Assembly: GCA_051294375.1 (NCBI GenBank)
Contig: CM119264.1
Coordinates: forward strand, 8,257,523-8,321,522
Direction of reading: 5' to 3'
Length of the DNA stretch: 64,000 nucleotides
Source: Paraspadella gotoi
Lineage: Eukaryota; Animalia; Chaetognatha
The notes below the pieces were generated by a model. That model was not told the origin of the DNA and ran no database searches. It saw only the letters and a list, made by a program, of their open reading frames with translations. The position numbers and the translations under genes are program-made. This document shows positions 1 through 20,451 of this stretch, in pieces. Within the stretch, counting starts at the first letter, position 1. Every line of letters starts with the position of its first letter.

Positions 1-1641
1 TCATGAAGGTCGTTACAATACATTTTCACATTTTGATACTATGTATTGCGTATTTAAAGCCGACCAGACGCCAAGGCTTACGTTTACCGACATCAAAGCC
101 GACGACTCATCCGCCTCAGCCACTAGAACAAAATTTTTCGTTTTGTTTCAATTTTCCGGTCGTCGNNNNNNNNNNNNNNNNNNNNNNNNNNNNNNNNNNN
201 NNNNNNNNNNNNNNNNNNNNNNNNNNNNNNNNNNNNNNNNNNNNNNNNNNNNNNNNNNNNNNNNNNNNNNNNNNNNNNNNNNNNNNNNNNNNNNNNNNNN
301 NNNNNNNNNNNNNNNNNNNNNNNNNNNNNNNNNNNNNNNNNNNNNNNNNNNNNNNNNNNNNNNNNNNNNNNNNNNNNNNNNNNNNNNNNNNNNNNNNNNN
401 NNNNNNNNNNNNNNNNNNNNNNNNNNNNNNNNNNNNNNNNNNNNNNNNNNNNNNNNNNNNNNNNNNNNNNNNNNNNNNNNNNNNNNNNNNNNNNNNNNNN
501 NNNNNNNNNNNNNNNNNNNNNNNNNNNNNNNNNNNNNNNNNNNNNTATTTACATAATTACCTAATTAAAATAAGGTTCTGAGTTTCTAGCCGTTTCTACG
601 TAACCTAAGATATCTTTCAAGCTCTGTGGTTTGTTGAAAATAGTTTTAGATGTCTGGTTTGAACAAAGTTTGTCCTTATTTGACCTTTGGTAGATTTGTC
701 TGCGAACCTCTTTCACGATGGGCTCCCGCCAATTCAACACTGGCTCCTGTTCGTGAATTCCATCGGTGATTCTCCTTTTGTGAATTTGGTTTTTTTTTCT
801 TCTAAAACTCATTAAGAGAATCTGTTGGTGAATCCTTTTCGTCGAGTCTTTCGGGCGAAGTGAACGTCGCTGTCCGCGCAGGAGACAATCGCATTTGTTT
901 TGGGAGGAAATTCACTGNNNNNNNNNNNNNNNNNNNNNNNNNNNNNNNNNNNNNNNNNNNNNNNNNNNNNNNNNNNNNNNNNNNNNNNNNNNNNNNNNNN
1001 NNNNNNNNNNNNNNNNNNNNNNNNNNNNNNNNNNNNNNNNNNNNNNNNNNNNNNNNNNNNNNNNNNNNNNNNNNNNNNNNNNNNNNNNNNNNNNNNNNNN
1101 NNNNNNNNNGGGGGAAGATAAATGGCTGGAATGGAAGGGAGAAAAGAAGGAAAAGGAAAGGAAAGACTGGAAGGGAATGGAAAAAATAAAAAAGAGGAAG
1201 AGAAGGAAGGAAGGAAGAGAAAGATAAAGAGAGAATAAAGGAGACAATGTGGAAACTAAAAAATATAAAATTATAAAAGGCGATAGAACAATCAAAACAA
1301 AAAAAATAACAAGTTTGAGGTAACTATACTGAAGTGAATGAATTTAATTTCATTTCATTGATTGGAAATATGTGAAAATTAAAAAGGTAAAATAACATAT
1401 AAAATTCGAATTCTCTCTCTCTCTCTCTCTCNNNNNNNNNNNNNNNNNNNNNNNNNNNNNNNNNNNNNNNNNNNNNNNNNNNNNNNNNNNNNNNNNNNNN
1501 NNNNNNNNNNNNNNNNNNNNNNNNNNNNNNNNNNNNNNNNNNNNNNNNNNNNNNNNNNNNNNNNNNNNNNNNNNNNNNNNNNNNNNNNNNNNNNNNNNNN
1601 NNNNNNNNNNNNNNNNNNNNNNNNNNNNNNNNNNNNNNNNN

Positions 1642-4096
1642 ACGCGCGCAGTAAGTAAACGACTTCCGTCAAACTCTTGACGACGAAATCATGAAAAAAG
1701 GTCATTAGGTAAATCCACGTCATGAGCTTCGGCCCATAAAGCATCATAAAGACGGGGATGACGAATGTCGAGAATCTGCGCATGACTGCAAAAAAGGAGC
1801 GATTTCAGTTATAAGCCATCGAAGCAGGCATTCTATCTAACTGCGCTATATGATGCTTTGCACGGCAAATCACAGTAACCTAGGATTATCCATACGATAT
1901 CAAATCTTTGCAGAATGATGACATTTTATTGATAGTAGGATACCGTAATACTAAAATATCCCCGCTATTTGTTAAAGATAATTAATAATCTATAAACTAT
2001 AAATAATTAGGGCTCTGTCTTGCTGGTTGAACCATAGTACAGCGGAAAAATATAACGTATAATGGGCTGTAGGACTGATAGCTTGAATGCTTATATCTGC
2101 AATAAGTCCTGAGAAATACAATTTGAATGTATATAAGCTCAGCTTCATTTTTTGTCTCTACTTGTTTCATCCTTAGCTTTGTCGGTAAGAAGGTGGTCTG
2201 AGTTTTGCCTCAGCATATGAATGAATGCCGAATTAAAATGGAGCAGAACGATTTTGTATGCATCTTATATTAGAGTATAAGAACATCTCCTTCACACCTC
2301 TCTTTTTCCAAGGATGCTTAGTGAAACTATAAATTAAAAACAACCAGTCATGTCAAACCTTACCTGGCACAGCTAGTGCGAAATACTGCCGGAATACCAC
2401 AACGTTAAGACCCATGACGCTCATTACATATACATATTCCTTAATTTTACGCACCCTTTTCGGGATTTAGGTTGAAGTTCGCTGACACTACTGGCATGAG
2501 CATTTTAGTTCTATTTTTTATTGAATAGTTTTTCTGTCGGTTGCTATATTTATTAAATAAATATAATAACACAAAAAGCCTAAAGTAAAAAAAATACACG
2601 TGAAATGTTTTAAAATTTTAAAACGGATTTGAATTGCCTTACAAAAAGTTAGTATAAGAGACTCTAACTCCATTCTTAAAACATAAACAATCTTTTCATT
2701 AATCTAAGCTAGCGCATCACGATAGTTTAAAAATATTCTTAAAAGATATTATTTTTGTTAAATTTGTTACTTTTTGGTACATAACACATTATCACTCGGT
2801 CATGCAGGTTTTTCCTTGGTTCCGGTGGAATTTAATCACAGTATTGAGGAGTGGCCAATTTAAGACCGAAAACTATCTTATACAGTACACGTGCTATATG
2901 TGCTATCATGATCTCTTGTTGTATCGACACTGCATATCTATTCCCCTTGTTTATAACTTTTCCCCTAAAGAATTGCAGATCCCATGAAATCTACTCTCGA
3001 GAAATTATCTTTGATGTGGTGTGTGTGTGACGTCCTTGCCTAGCCCAGCCAACATTACACGCCCGGTCCACGACAGGTAGATCCGTTCACCTTCATCACT
3101 CTCTTTAGTTCAAGCGTCCTCTCTCGCATTTCATCTCTGATGTACATCCCTTAATATTAACTACTAACTTTTATTGCAAACATTTAAAATTTTTACAAAA
3201 AATCAAAAACCCCTCCACTACCCCCCCACGCCCCTACAAAATATTTTTATAAACATAGTCTTTTATATTGTTCAAAAGCTCATATAAATTTTTTAAATTT
3301 TAAATAATTGACCATCATAAACCTCTATAATGTTTGCTATTTGCTACTTCTGTCTTTTATAAACCAATTTTCTTAAAACATTTAAAAAACCCGCCGATTT
3401 TCCGAACAAGAAAGTAAATTACTACAAAAAAAATATGGTCTCATCCATCCATTCTACAGATACATCATAAAATAGTATTGAACGTCACCTTAGATTGTAT
3501 TTTGTTTTTTTCAAACCGCTCTAATAATATAATTAATAACGTTCATATTATGGCCGGCCCCACTGGCAACCTAGCCGCCCCGGTTTGTTTCTGGCTGAGT
3601 CACAATGCCCTCCCCCATCGCCTCTCGCTGCGGAATGAAGGCCCTAAAATCCCAGACTGTGCTTGGCTTCCCGTGGGCACTAGCCTTCGCTTCCCCCCTG
3701 GCCCCGCCCGTCCCCGCCCCGCCCCATAACTAACGAATACCCACTCGCTCGATGTGCACCATATGGAGCGCCTTTTCCCAGTCACTTTTGCTGGCCGTAC
3801 CCGTGCTTTACCCCTAGGACCTTTCTCGCCTGCTCTCAAACGCATCGAGGATATCTATCGTCAGACTGTACAATGGATACCCACATAGCCTGGAAGGTGT
3901 GTCTCCCCTCTGAGCCAATGGATTTGGCCTGACGGATGTTCTCCTGCATTGTGTGTCCGTGAAACCGTGAGACGGTCTTACTTCATATTGATAATTACCG
4001 CCACAAACGCAACTTTTCGAATCGAGGACTATTTTTAAAATTGCTGACGTTATAAAAAAATGCGGTGGCAATGAAACGAAGATGACGATGAAGACT

Positions 4097-4137
<41 letters not shown>

Positions 4138-4200
4138 ATCATCATCAATCAAGATCTCACCATTCGAGACTCCTTCGCCTCTTTTGGTGCTTATGTCCAT
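1642..4200 (-). CDS. Possible 5' part of an unidentified intron-containing gene (continues into N-gap)
   Basis: Exon 4200-4161 (MDISTKRGEGVSN, ends phase 1 before gtgag) joins in frame via a ttttttgcag acceptor to exon 1785-1642 (VMRRFSTFVIPVFMMLYGPKLMTWIYLMTFFHDFVVKSLTEVVYLLRA, hydrophobic). No family recognised. Confidence 0.3.
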
Positions 4201-4227
4201 TGAATAAAGAAAGATGAAGCTTAAGGA

Positions 4228-4299
<72 letters not shown>

Positions 4300-4910
4300 T
4301 TCTCTCTCTCTCTGTCTGGCTGCAGAGGAGGCGATTCAAATTCAAGACGACTCTTTTTTGCATTCGGTTTAAAATATCCTTTTTTTCCTTTGATATAATT
4401 TGAAACCGATCAGGCCAAGATTTTAGCAATTCTTAAAATTTCTTTATTAATCTGCTACATTTGTGCAAATTTTAAGTACTTTTTAGAAACCGAAATAATC
4501 TCTATGAAGACGATTCAAAAGGAAATTAAATCTGAAAAATTTTATAGGAAATGTCACCCTTCTATTTTTAACCTTCAGAGAGTTTACAATTAATCTGAAT
4601 TTGCAGAAGCAGATTTTAAATTGAAAAGAAATACATAAACTGATGAAATCATACTGAACTTTAACAGTTTAATTTACATAAAAAAACTGAAGAAATTGTA
4701 ATAATTGGGCAAGAAATCGACGACGACAACGACGATGATAACGACAACGACGAAGTCACAAAAAAGAAGAAGACGAAGAGTTGCGTCCGACCGTCAATCG
4801 CAATAACAAGGCGAATGAAAAGGCTGACCGGAGGCAAAGGCAAAACTGCGATTGCTGCGCAATGGTCCGCGTCTCTTGGCTTGAGAGAGAGAGCGAGAAA
4901 GAAAGAAAAA

Positions 4911-4969
<59 letters not shown>

Positions 4970-5685
4970 AAAGGACGAATCTAAAACGGACCCCTCCCGT
5001 CGAATTGCGATTTACAAGAATTGCTTTGAGAATCTGTCGACATCAAGAAATTCTGGCACCACAGAATCGTGATTTTGAAATCTAAGTAAGAGAAATATGG
5101 GTGGAATAAGTCAGGATTCAGGATAAAGATAAATAATTGGTAGAGGGTTCTAAGTATCATAGAATCTTATCAGTTGGGATACGTATACGTATATATTATA
5201 TATAAAATAGTTTTAACTAATTTACTAAAAAAAATTAAACACATTTACTTTTCACTTATCTTTTACGAGGTGGTTCTAATTTTAACTAATATAAGATATT
5301 CGTTGATTTCTTCTTTCTTCTTCCCAAAATTTGAATCTTCCGCTGAGTTTAGACTAAGTTGTTCTCTCGGGTTTTTTTTCTTTTTATTTAACAGATTTTT
5401 CCTCCACCTGAGCTTCGCGCAAAAGATGTTCATTGACTCCGGAAAAAAAAATCCATTAATCTAAAACTTAGACTCCCTGTTCTTTTTTTCCCTTTTTTTC
5501 GCGATGTTTTACATTTTTACATTTTTACATTTTTAAAGGTCCTTTTCTTTACATTCGTGATTCTTCACATAACTGCTTATCACTTACCATTTTCACATTT
5601 TCTGATAGGAACGTATCTTAATTTCCCGAAGCCTAAATTGTCTGAAGTGAAAGGTGTAAAAAAAAGTATTGTGCCTATAGTATCT

Positions 5686-5943
5686 GTAGTCGGGCATTGC
5701 CTAGGTTCACCCCGCCTAGAATCATGACACTTTCAGTTGTGACCCGGTGGCTCATTGAGTAAAGCCATCAGCTCATGACCACTAGGTACCAGGTTCAATC
5801 CCAGCCCGGTACCTACCCTGCGGGAAGCGTGAGGACGGCCGTAAGCCGCCTTGGGGGCATGGCAAACCCTCAAGCCTGGTTCCAAGCCCTGGGACCCGTT
5901 CAGCCCACGTAGCGCCTTATCCACATATCTATACTATACTATC
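5686..5943 (+). mobile_element. tRNA-derived SINE with 14-bp target-site duplication
   Basis: Direct repeat TGCCTATAGTATCT at 5672-5685 and 5944-5957; A-box-like TGGCTCATTGA (5748) and B-box GGTTCAATCC (5792-5801); simple-repeat tail (ctatactatactat). Confidence 0.8.
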
Positions 5944-6442
5944 TGCCTATAGTATCTATCCTATACTGAAACTGAAACTCTTCTCGACCAAATTACATTG
6001 TTGACATTAACCTCAGCTTCGTCAAATATTATTACTAAATTTATATTTTTCCGTTAATCACACATTTCGTCTCAAATAACGTTAGTATAAACAAAGCTGC
6101 CTGAGTTAAAATCGATGCTTCGTGTTTTGTCGTTTTTATAACCCTGCCGTTTCCTCGACAACGAAATTAGTTCAAACGAAACTTTATCACATTAGTTCGA
6201 AGCTTAATGTAAAGTTTTACGTAACCTTTCGAGTAAGAAAAATTAATAACAAAATTAAAAAATAAAACGCGTTTGAAAAAGTATAAAATTACAACAATTC
6301 TAGCTAAAATCTTTTAAAAACTTTCATTTACTTTCCTTTTTATAATTTAATTAAGGAAAAATCGCTAAATATCGAGAGCATTTATAATTTCAGATTGAAT
6401 TTTATAACATTTTTCATAATTTTTGGCGTCGCCTCAAAAAAT

Positions 6443-9426
6443 ATGAGCCTCGGCGGGGAGTCGACGAAGATATTGAAGGCGTTCTCGGCGACGACGACAG
6501 ATTCCACAGGCGTGGCAAGAGTCCTCCAACGACGACGCCTACTTCAGCGCCCGACAAAACCGCGCCAGACGGCTGGTCGTTGTCGTCGTGCGTCGTCGTT
6601 GTCGTAGTTTTTCTCATTGGTTGATTTAATTTTAGGATGAGAAGGCTTTTGATTGCTTTTACAAATCGGGGGGCAATTTGGGCACAAGGAGCGATAATTG
6701 ACGAGAGCGGTGCACCGAATCTAACAGATTTAAATCTCTTTAATTCAAGATCTTGGTTCCTCCTCCTCATCGGCATCTTCTCCGTCATGGTCATCAAAAT
6801 TGTGGACGAGCATTCGGAATACTTGTCAACCAGTCGCCTCCAGTGCGTCGAAGTCCGTGCAGCCGCCCCGTTCCCCTCGTCAGCTTTTATCTGGAAAGAG
6901 ACGGTAGAGACTAAGAGCGGAAGTTATGCGTTGTTGTTGTTGTTGAACGCTGACGTTGTGGCGTTAGCAATAATTGATTAGTGTTGACTGCGTGAAGCCT
7001 TAGTGAGTTAACCCTAATCAATAAGTATGTGATTATAAATGTAATATAATGTACAGAATATCTCTCCAACGAATCTCAGCACTTGACGGCAGATGGTCTC
7101 TTTTCCGATTATTGGCCGAAAACTTACGAGGGTCTCAGGTGATTAAATATCGTATTGAAGAGACAGTGAATATTGTGTTATGTGTTAGTGATAGAACCGT
7201 TCAATATAAGCAGTCGCCTGGAGCTTCGGATTCAGGCTGTAACAACCATGTTACAGGCAGGGTTATAGCGCCCCGTCCCTCTTAACTGCGCCCAGACGAC
7301 CACCGGCTAGAACCCCGGACCTTTGGGTTTGGGAGGCAAATGACTTGCCTCCGGCACCAATAGGCCCTGATGAAGCGGTTGGTGGATTTTTTAGTCCACC
7401 ATACATCCCCCCCTCCCGTAGGGAGAAGTCTGTTGCGGTCTCTTCAGTGAATTGTTGTTGTTGGTGGAAAGTTCATCACCAAGTTGAGGCATGTGCCCTG
7501 ATGTGTTGTGGGCGGAAAGTGCATCGCAGGTTGAGGCATTGTGCCTGAAAGTGTTGTTGTTGCTTGATTGTGCTTGCGAAGTCGGGCTCACCAATTGAAG
7601 AGAACAGTGATATTTTGGTTATGTGTTAGTGATAAACCGTTCAATATAGGCAGTCGCCTGAGCTTTCGGATCAGGCTGTAACACCATGTTTACAGGCGGG
7701 TTAGAGCGCGCCCGTCCCTCTTAACGGCCAGACGACCACTGGGCTAGAAACCCCGGACCTTTGGGTTGGAGGCGATAGACTTTGCCTCCGGCACAATTGG
7801 CCGCTGATGAACGGTTGGTGGATTTTTTTAGTCCACATAAGTATATTAGCATTAAAACTAGGAATTAAGTGCAGATGTAGAATAATTAAATAATCATTCA
7901 GTTCTTAAACGTATTTACGTAAATCTTTCCTACTGATACTTTCGGAACGTCGACTTCAACTCTCACTCTCTCTCTCTCTCCAGCTTCCGGCCATTGGATG
8001 ACCTTCAACTCCAACTCTTCCTACAATGCGACGTCGACATTCCCCTTCGCCTTCAGATTCGTCCCGCGCTGGAACACTCTCCTGTATTCCCGGAACGTCT
8101 TCCTCCACGGGCGCGGAGAGATTCCGACGACGGGTTGGTGGGTGGAGCTGGATCGCTGGGCGGAAGTCAGAGTCTCTTTCGAAGCATTCGAGATTAAAAC
8201 TTCGGCGCATGGATGCGTTGATGGATGGCCGGAAGAATGTAGGGTAAAAGAATTTAGGGTAAAAGAATTTAGGGTAAAAGCCGCGCAAGATTTAAGGTTT
8301 TTGCTTCGTTTACGTAGTACGTAACTATTAAGGCGTAGTGAAAGTTACATACGAAAATTCTAAAAGTCAATTATGAACAACATACCATCAGTGAACATTA
8401 ATTTGTAAAAAAAAATTAATTTTATGTTTTTTAATTTTCGCAGTAGGCTATATTTATATTTAGTACTATCCTTATAAAATCGAAAAATTTAAAAATAGGC
8501 TTTTCTTAATTTTGATTGAAGATTTGAATTCCTCGTCAAAAGTTGATAAAAGAAAATATAAATCATTTTAAAAATTCTTTCATTAAGTGGGTTAAAAATT
8601 AAAAAAACTATATTTAATATATAAAAAGTTAATTTTTAGCTTAAAATATAGCTTTTTTAATTTTTGACCCACTTAATGAAGGAATTTTTTAAAAAGAGTT
8701 ATATTTCTTTATATCAAATTTTTATGACGAATCCAAATCTGCAAAAAAATCTCAGAAAAAACTGTTTTGAAATTTTAACATTTATTGGTTTAGTACTAGT
8801 ATAAATATGGCCTACTGCGTAAATTGTAAAATTTATTAAAAATTTTTTTATTACATGTTTATTAATATAATGTTGTTCGTTCCTCACTTTTAGAATTTTA
8901 ATTAAAGTTAAATTTAGAAATTTTACTACGCCTTAGTAACTATAGTTGATGAACAATTAGGTTTTATTAAAGAATTAAAAGAATTAATTAAAAGAATTAA
9001 AAGAATTAATACCAGGCCAACGCGACTGATCCTTACTCGGTGGATCGTTGCCTCGATCAAATCGAATCGGCAAAAGCTTGCAGTCGATCCAGCGACGACT
9101 GCGCCGCGGCACTGCGACGATGCCCGCTGCCCTGTCGACGCGCTGCGCCCTGCGGCTTCTCCGTTATACGGCTAAGGGGTCGCTCCGCCGTCCTCGGAAG
9201 CCTCGCTATCGGATACAGGAAGTTGCTCGTCCGCGAGTGCGAAGAGGTGCACCTCGTCACCTCCTGCCAATTGATGGGCAGCATCGGCGGGCATCTCGGA
9301 ATGTGGATGGGCGTCTCCATCGTCGGAGTCATCGAGGCCTTCGAATTCGGGGCTTTCTGCGCCGTGGGGACAATGAGGAGCATTTGGAGAAAGATGGGAA
9401 AGAGGAAGGTGGTCGCGGAGAGATAG
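6443..9426 (+). CDS. DEG/ENaC (amiloride-sensitive, degenerin family) channel subunit; compact, multi-exon, with apparent indel errors
   Basis: N-terminal F..TTT..GV (HG motif obscured by apparent inserted bases); TM1 WFLLLIGIFSVMVIKIV followed by EYLS and FPS; an xTFN motif at about 7998; last exon 9016-9426 has a Cys-rich thumb (CPLPC) and the TM2 signature GSIGGHLGMWMGVSIVGVIE, then TAG. Confidence 0.8.
7210..7289 (-). ncRNA. Twister ribozyme-like motif (type P5 permutation) in the 3' LTR
   Basis: GCAGUU-AA-GAGG-GA-CGG-GGCGCUA-UAA-CCCU-GC-C-[UGUAACA uggu UGUUACA]-GCCUGAA-U-CCG-AA-GC-UCCAGGC-GACUGC: P5, P3 and P4 stems, T1 CGG/CCG, T2 GC/GC, conserved GA and UAA cleavage loop. P2 has one mismatch and P1 is minimal. 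Confidence 0.65.
7650..7728 (-). ncRNA. Second twister-like motif in the 5' LTR (indel-rich copy)
   Basis: Same layout: P4 GCCUGA/UCAGGC is perfect, loop U-CCG-AAA-GC, GA-CGG and UAA retained; P5 and P2 are disturbed by indels. Confidence 0.5.
8329..8935. mobile_element. hAT-like MITE, largely palindromic
   Basis: TIRs TAAGGCGTAGT...ACTACGCCTTA; 8-bp target duplication GTAACTAT at 8321-8328 and 8936-8943; long internal inverted similarity. Confidence 0.85.
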
Positions 9427-12400
9427 AGACGCCCTGGGTCTGTCGGAAGTCATTGGGGCCTGGACCGCCTGGTGGGCGCCAGTTTAAAAAAAAGGACGTG
9501 ATAATTCTTTGTCTAGTCTAGATCACATTTCAATATAGCTATTTCTAACGGAATAATTTAAAAATAAAAAGCAAAACAATATGTTTTTCTTTTATTCTTG
9601 AAAATGAAAACGATTACAATGAGTAATGAAGATAAAAAAGCAGTACCGCGAAAAGCTTGTTTAAAATGTAAAATATTAGCTGCAGAATACTGAGAAAATT
9701 TCAAAATAACAAATGAGTGTAAAATAAAAAGTCAATACGCAGGCATAAATATTTAAAAGCTTTTAATTTAAGTTTTTTTTTGTTGTTTTTTTTTTCAATT
9801 TGACTTTCAAAAAAAATTTAGGACTATTTTTAGCCAATGAAAGGATGAAGTTGAATCGAGTTAGATCCGTCAAAATAAATTGAAAATTCCTTTATTAATG
9901 ATTATTCTGTTAATTTTTTTCTATTCGGGTTGTGACAGTAGTAATCTCTGGTTAATATGATTTTTGTTAGTATTCAAAATCTTGGTTTGAATTCCAAATA
10001 ATTAAACAAATTATTTTCTTCAAACACATGCGAAAATTAAATTAAATAGTTATTAATAGTTAATAATGGTTATATAGATTATAGTAAATTCGTAAAGCTT
10101 TTCCAAAAAACTTTAAAGGATGTGATAAAAACCAGATCAAAGGTAAAAATTCTAATAACTATATAATACATTTATAAAAGAAAAATAGAAAATAAATGTA
10201 AGGATATTAACTATGATTAATACACAAATAGAATTAGTAAAAATGCAAGGATCTGCAGTTATTACCAAGATTGGACGGGTTAAGATTTTCTTGCTGTCAA
10301 ATCGGAAATAACTTCAGATCCTTCGCTTCGCAACATAACTTGGAATCACACGACATAACATGACACGTTCTTGGCGCAACAACACACTATGCGTCACAAC
10401 GTGTACTTGGATTTCGACGAAAAAGTACTGAGGCCTCAATTTTGAAAAGCGCGAGAAAAGTTTATATAGTAGCGACAAAAGCGTTTTTTAATTGGCATGT
10501 AAGGAACTGTTTTCGGCTTGTATGTATATTGTATAATGTAAAAAAAATCGTGTCAGCTTTAAACGTTCGAACTCAAGCGAGTATCTAGAACTATATGAAC
10601 ACAACAACTTTATGTTTAGGCACATTGTGAATGCGCAACTGTTTTGGCACAGCTGTTTATGCGCAGCCGTAATCGCGCAGCGCGGGTGGGTTCAACAATT
10701 TTTTGTTAAATATCTAAATTAAAGAAAAAATGCCGAGCTTTCTATTAAAGCTTTTCGGCTAAACGCCTCTACAACATTCATGATCAACTAGTACAATACT
10801 CTATAACAAATCTACGCCATTTCATACTAAAATACAGGGTGCGCAACATGACGTCAAGTTCTACTTTATTATGTTTTTGTTTTTTGATCGCGACATTGAA
10901 AAAAAAGAGCAAAACGGAACAGGATCAAGAAAACGGGCGGAACAAGAAACAATCAAAGGGAAAAAACCAATCATTCCATTTCTTTTATCCATTTTTATTC
11001 ATTTTTATTTTTTTAAAAAACCCGTGTGAACCGAACTCTCGGGAAAGAATCTTCTTCAACGCCGAAATTTATTTTTGGAGGGGGGCGGGGCGGGCGCGGA
11101 TGGGAGGTGAGGCACTGAGGAGACAGAGTTATCGTCCATTTGGAATGCCACAGCTCTTTGAATAACAAGTTCGAATTGACAGATTGAACCATCCAGCGAA
11201 AGACTCTTCAATTCGTCTATCATTGTCCAAAAAAAGAGAGGTAAAAAGGATCGACCCACAAATCATTTAGATTTTTTTTTTTTGTTCAATTGTGAAAGAA
11301 ATAGAAGTAAAAAGGCAAGTGAAAGCGAGTGAAATACTGAGGGTAAAAAAAAAAAATTCAATTACATTGTACGACGACCAGAGCGACGACGACGACCAGA
11401 GCGACGACGACGGTTAAACGAGAAAAAAAAATGCATTGAGCGAACGAAAAAAGCTAACACGTCGAAAATAAAATGTGCGGGAGACAATATGGAAAACAGT
11501 CAGCACACTTACTCACACACTCAAACAGGGCGGACGAATTCTAAAATTAATTTTGAAATTAAAGCTCACAGGAGGGCCCGTGGGAAAGTGCAAAGACCAT
11601 TTTCCTAATTTGTCTCCTTGTAAATTCGTCAAAAGTGAGATTGAATAAGAAAATCAAATACAATTTTTGCGAATGCAAACTTCGACGAATGGCGGCAACT
11701 TTACCGCTTACATCTTTTTGTTACAATGAGCTTGGAAATTGTAAGAACAAAAAGGAAAAAATAAGTTAAGGAGCTGACGCGCGCTGTTGTCGTCGACTAG
11801 TCCTTCGAGAACTTCAATCGAGAAATTGTAAAAAAACTGATTGATATTTAATTCAAGTTGAAAATAAAGATTATAAAAGTTTCATTTAGCAAAAACGTGA
11901 TTGAAGAACTTCGAATGACCTTTTCGTGACCCGAGTAGAGATGTCTCAATTGCGCGTTTTTAANNNNNNNNNNAATGCAAAAAAGGCTATTAGTCCGATC
12001 GTCAGTCGTTTCTTCGCAAATTTGGGAAACCAAATAAAACTAAAAAAATAATGTGAAATATGAGCGAGCTGTGGTAAGAACTAAAAATACGAGGTTTGAA
12101 GAAATAATTATCCATTTGAAGTCGGCGTGAATTGTGATAAATAAACCGTCAAAATAAAAAAAAAAAATGATAGAAAAAACTTGCTGCTTGTAAGAGAATA
12201 TTAAAATTAAAAAAAGAATAACAGAACAATCATTAAGCAGGAAAATTCAATAACGAATTTAGAGAAATGCGTAAAACTTAGGGTTTGAAGTAAGCTTAAC
12301 ATTTTCATTTGAACTTGATAATATTGAATCTTGATGTTGCGAATTAGATTTTAAACATGTGCGAACTTTTTCGAACTTTTATTTCTTTATTTTACTTTTC

Positions 12401-12547
12401 ATTGGGGAAATAAGAATTTATTTAAGAATACAAACCTCGTTTTTTTTTTCAAAACTTTTTTAAGTTAATTTTTTTATTCTTTAATCTTATTTACTTTTAA
12501 TTTTTCGATTTCCCCGCCCCCCCTTTTTATTCCTTTAACCTCCCCCT

Positions 12548-20451
<7,904 letters not shown>

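Larger units (their letters stand above)
7156..7840 (-). mobile_element. Miniature non-autonomous LTR retroelement (TRIM) in a DEG/ENaC intron
   Basis: Two ~250-bp direct repeats (7596-7840 and 7156-7405; the better copy reads TGTATGG...CTCTTCA on -). PBS TGGTGAGCCCGAC (7593-7581) lies 2 nt after the 5' LTR and is one mismatch from the tRNA-Trp PBS TGGTGACCCCGAC. PPT GGGAGGGGGGGA (7417-7406) abuts the 3' LTR. GTAT target duplication at 7152-7155 and 7841-7844. Confidence 0.88.

Noticed and set aside
561-917. ORF with VLNWREPIV, faintly like a Penelope GIY-YIG C-terminus
   Set aside because: Similarity is too weak and the fragment is bounded by gaps.
5741-5812. Possible tRNA-Met gene (CTCATGA loop)
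   Set aside because: The anticodon stem does not pair, and it sits inside a TSD-bounded SINE.
7300-7365. tRNA/SINE-like segment (GGTTCTAGCC B-box-like) inside the LTR
   Set aside because: No convincing A box or cloverleaf; the region is explained as LTR sequence.
7366-7400. CTGATGA (hammerhead core) on + in both LTRs
   Set aside because: No stem II-GAAA or stem III/UH partner follows, and it is antisense to the PBS/PPT orientation.
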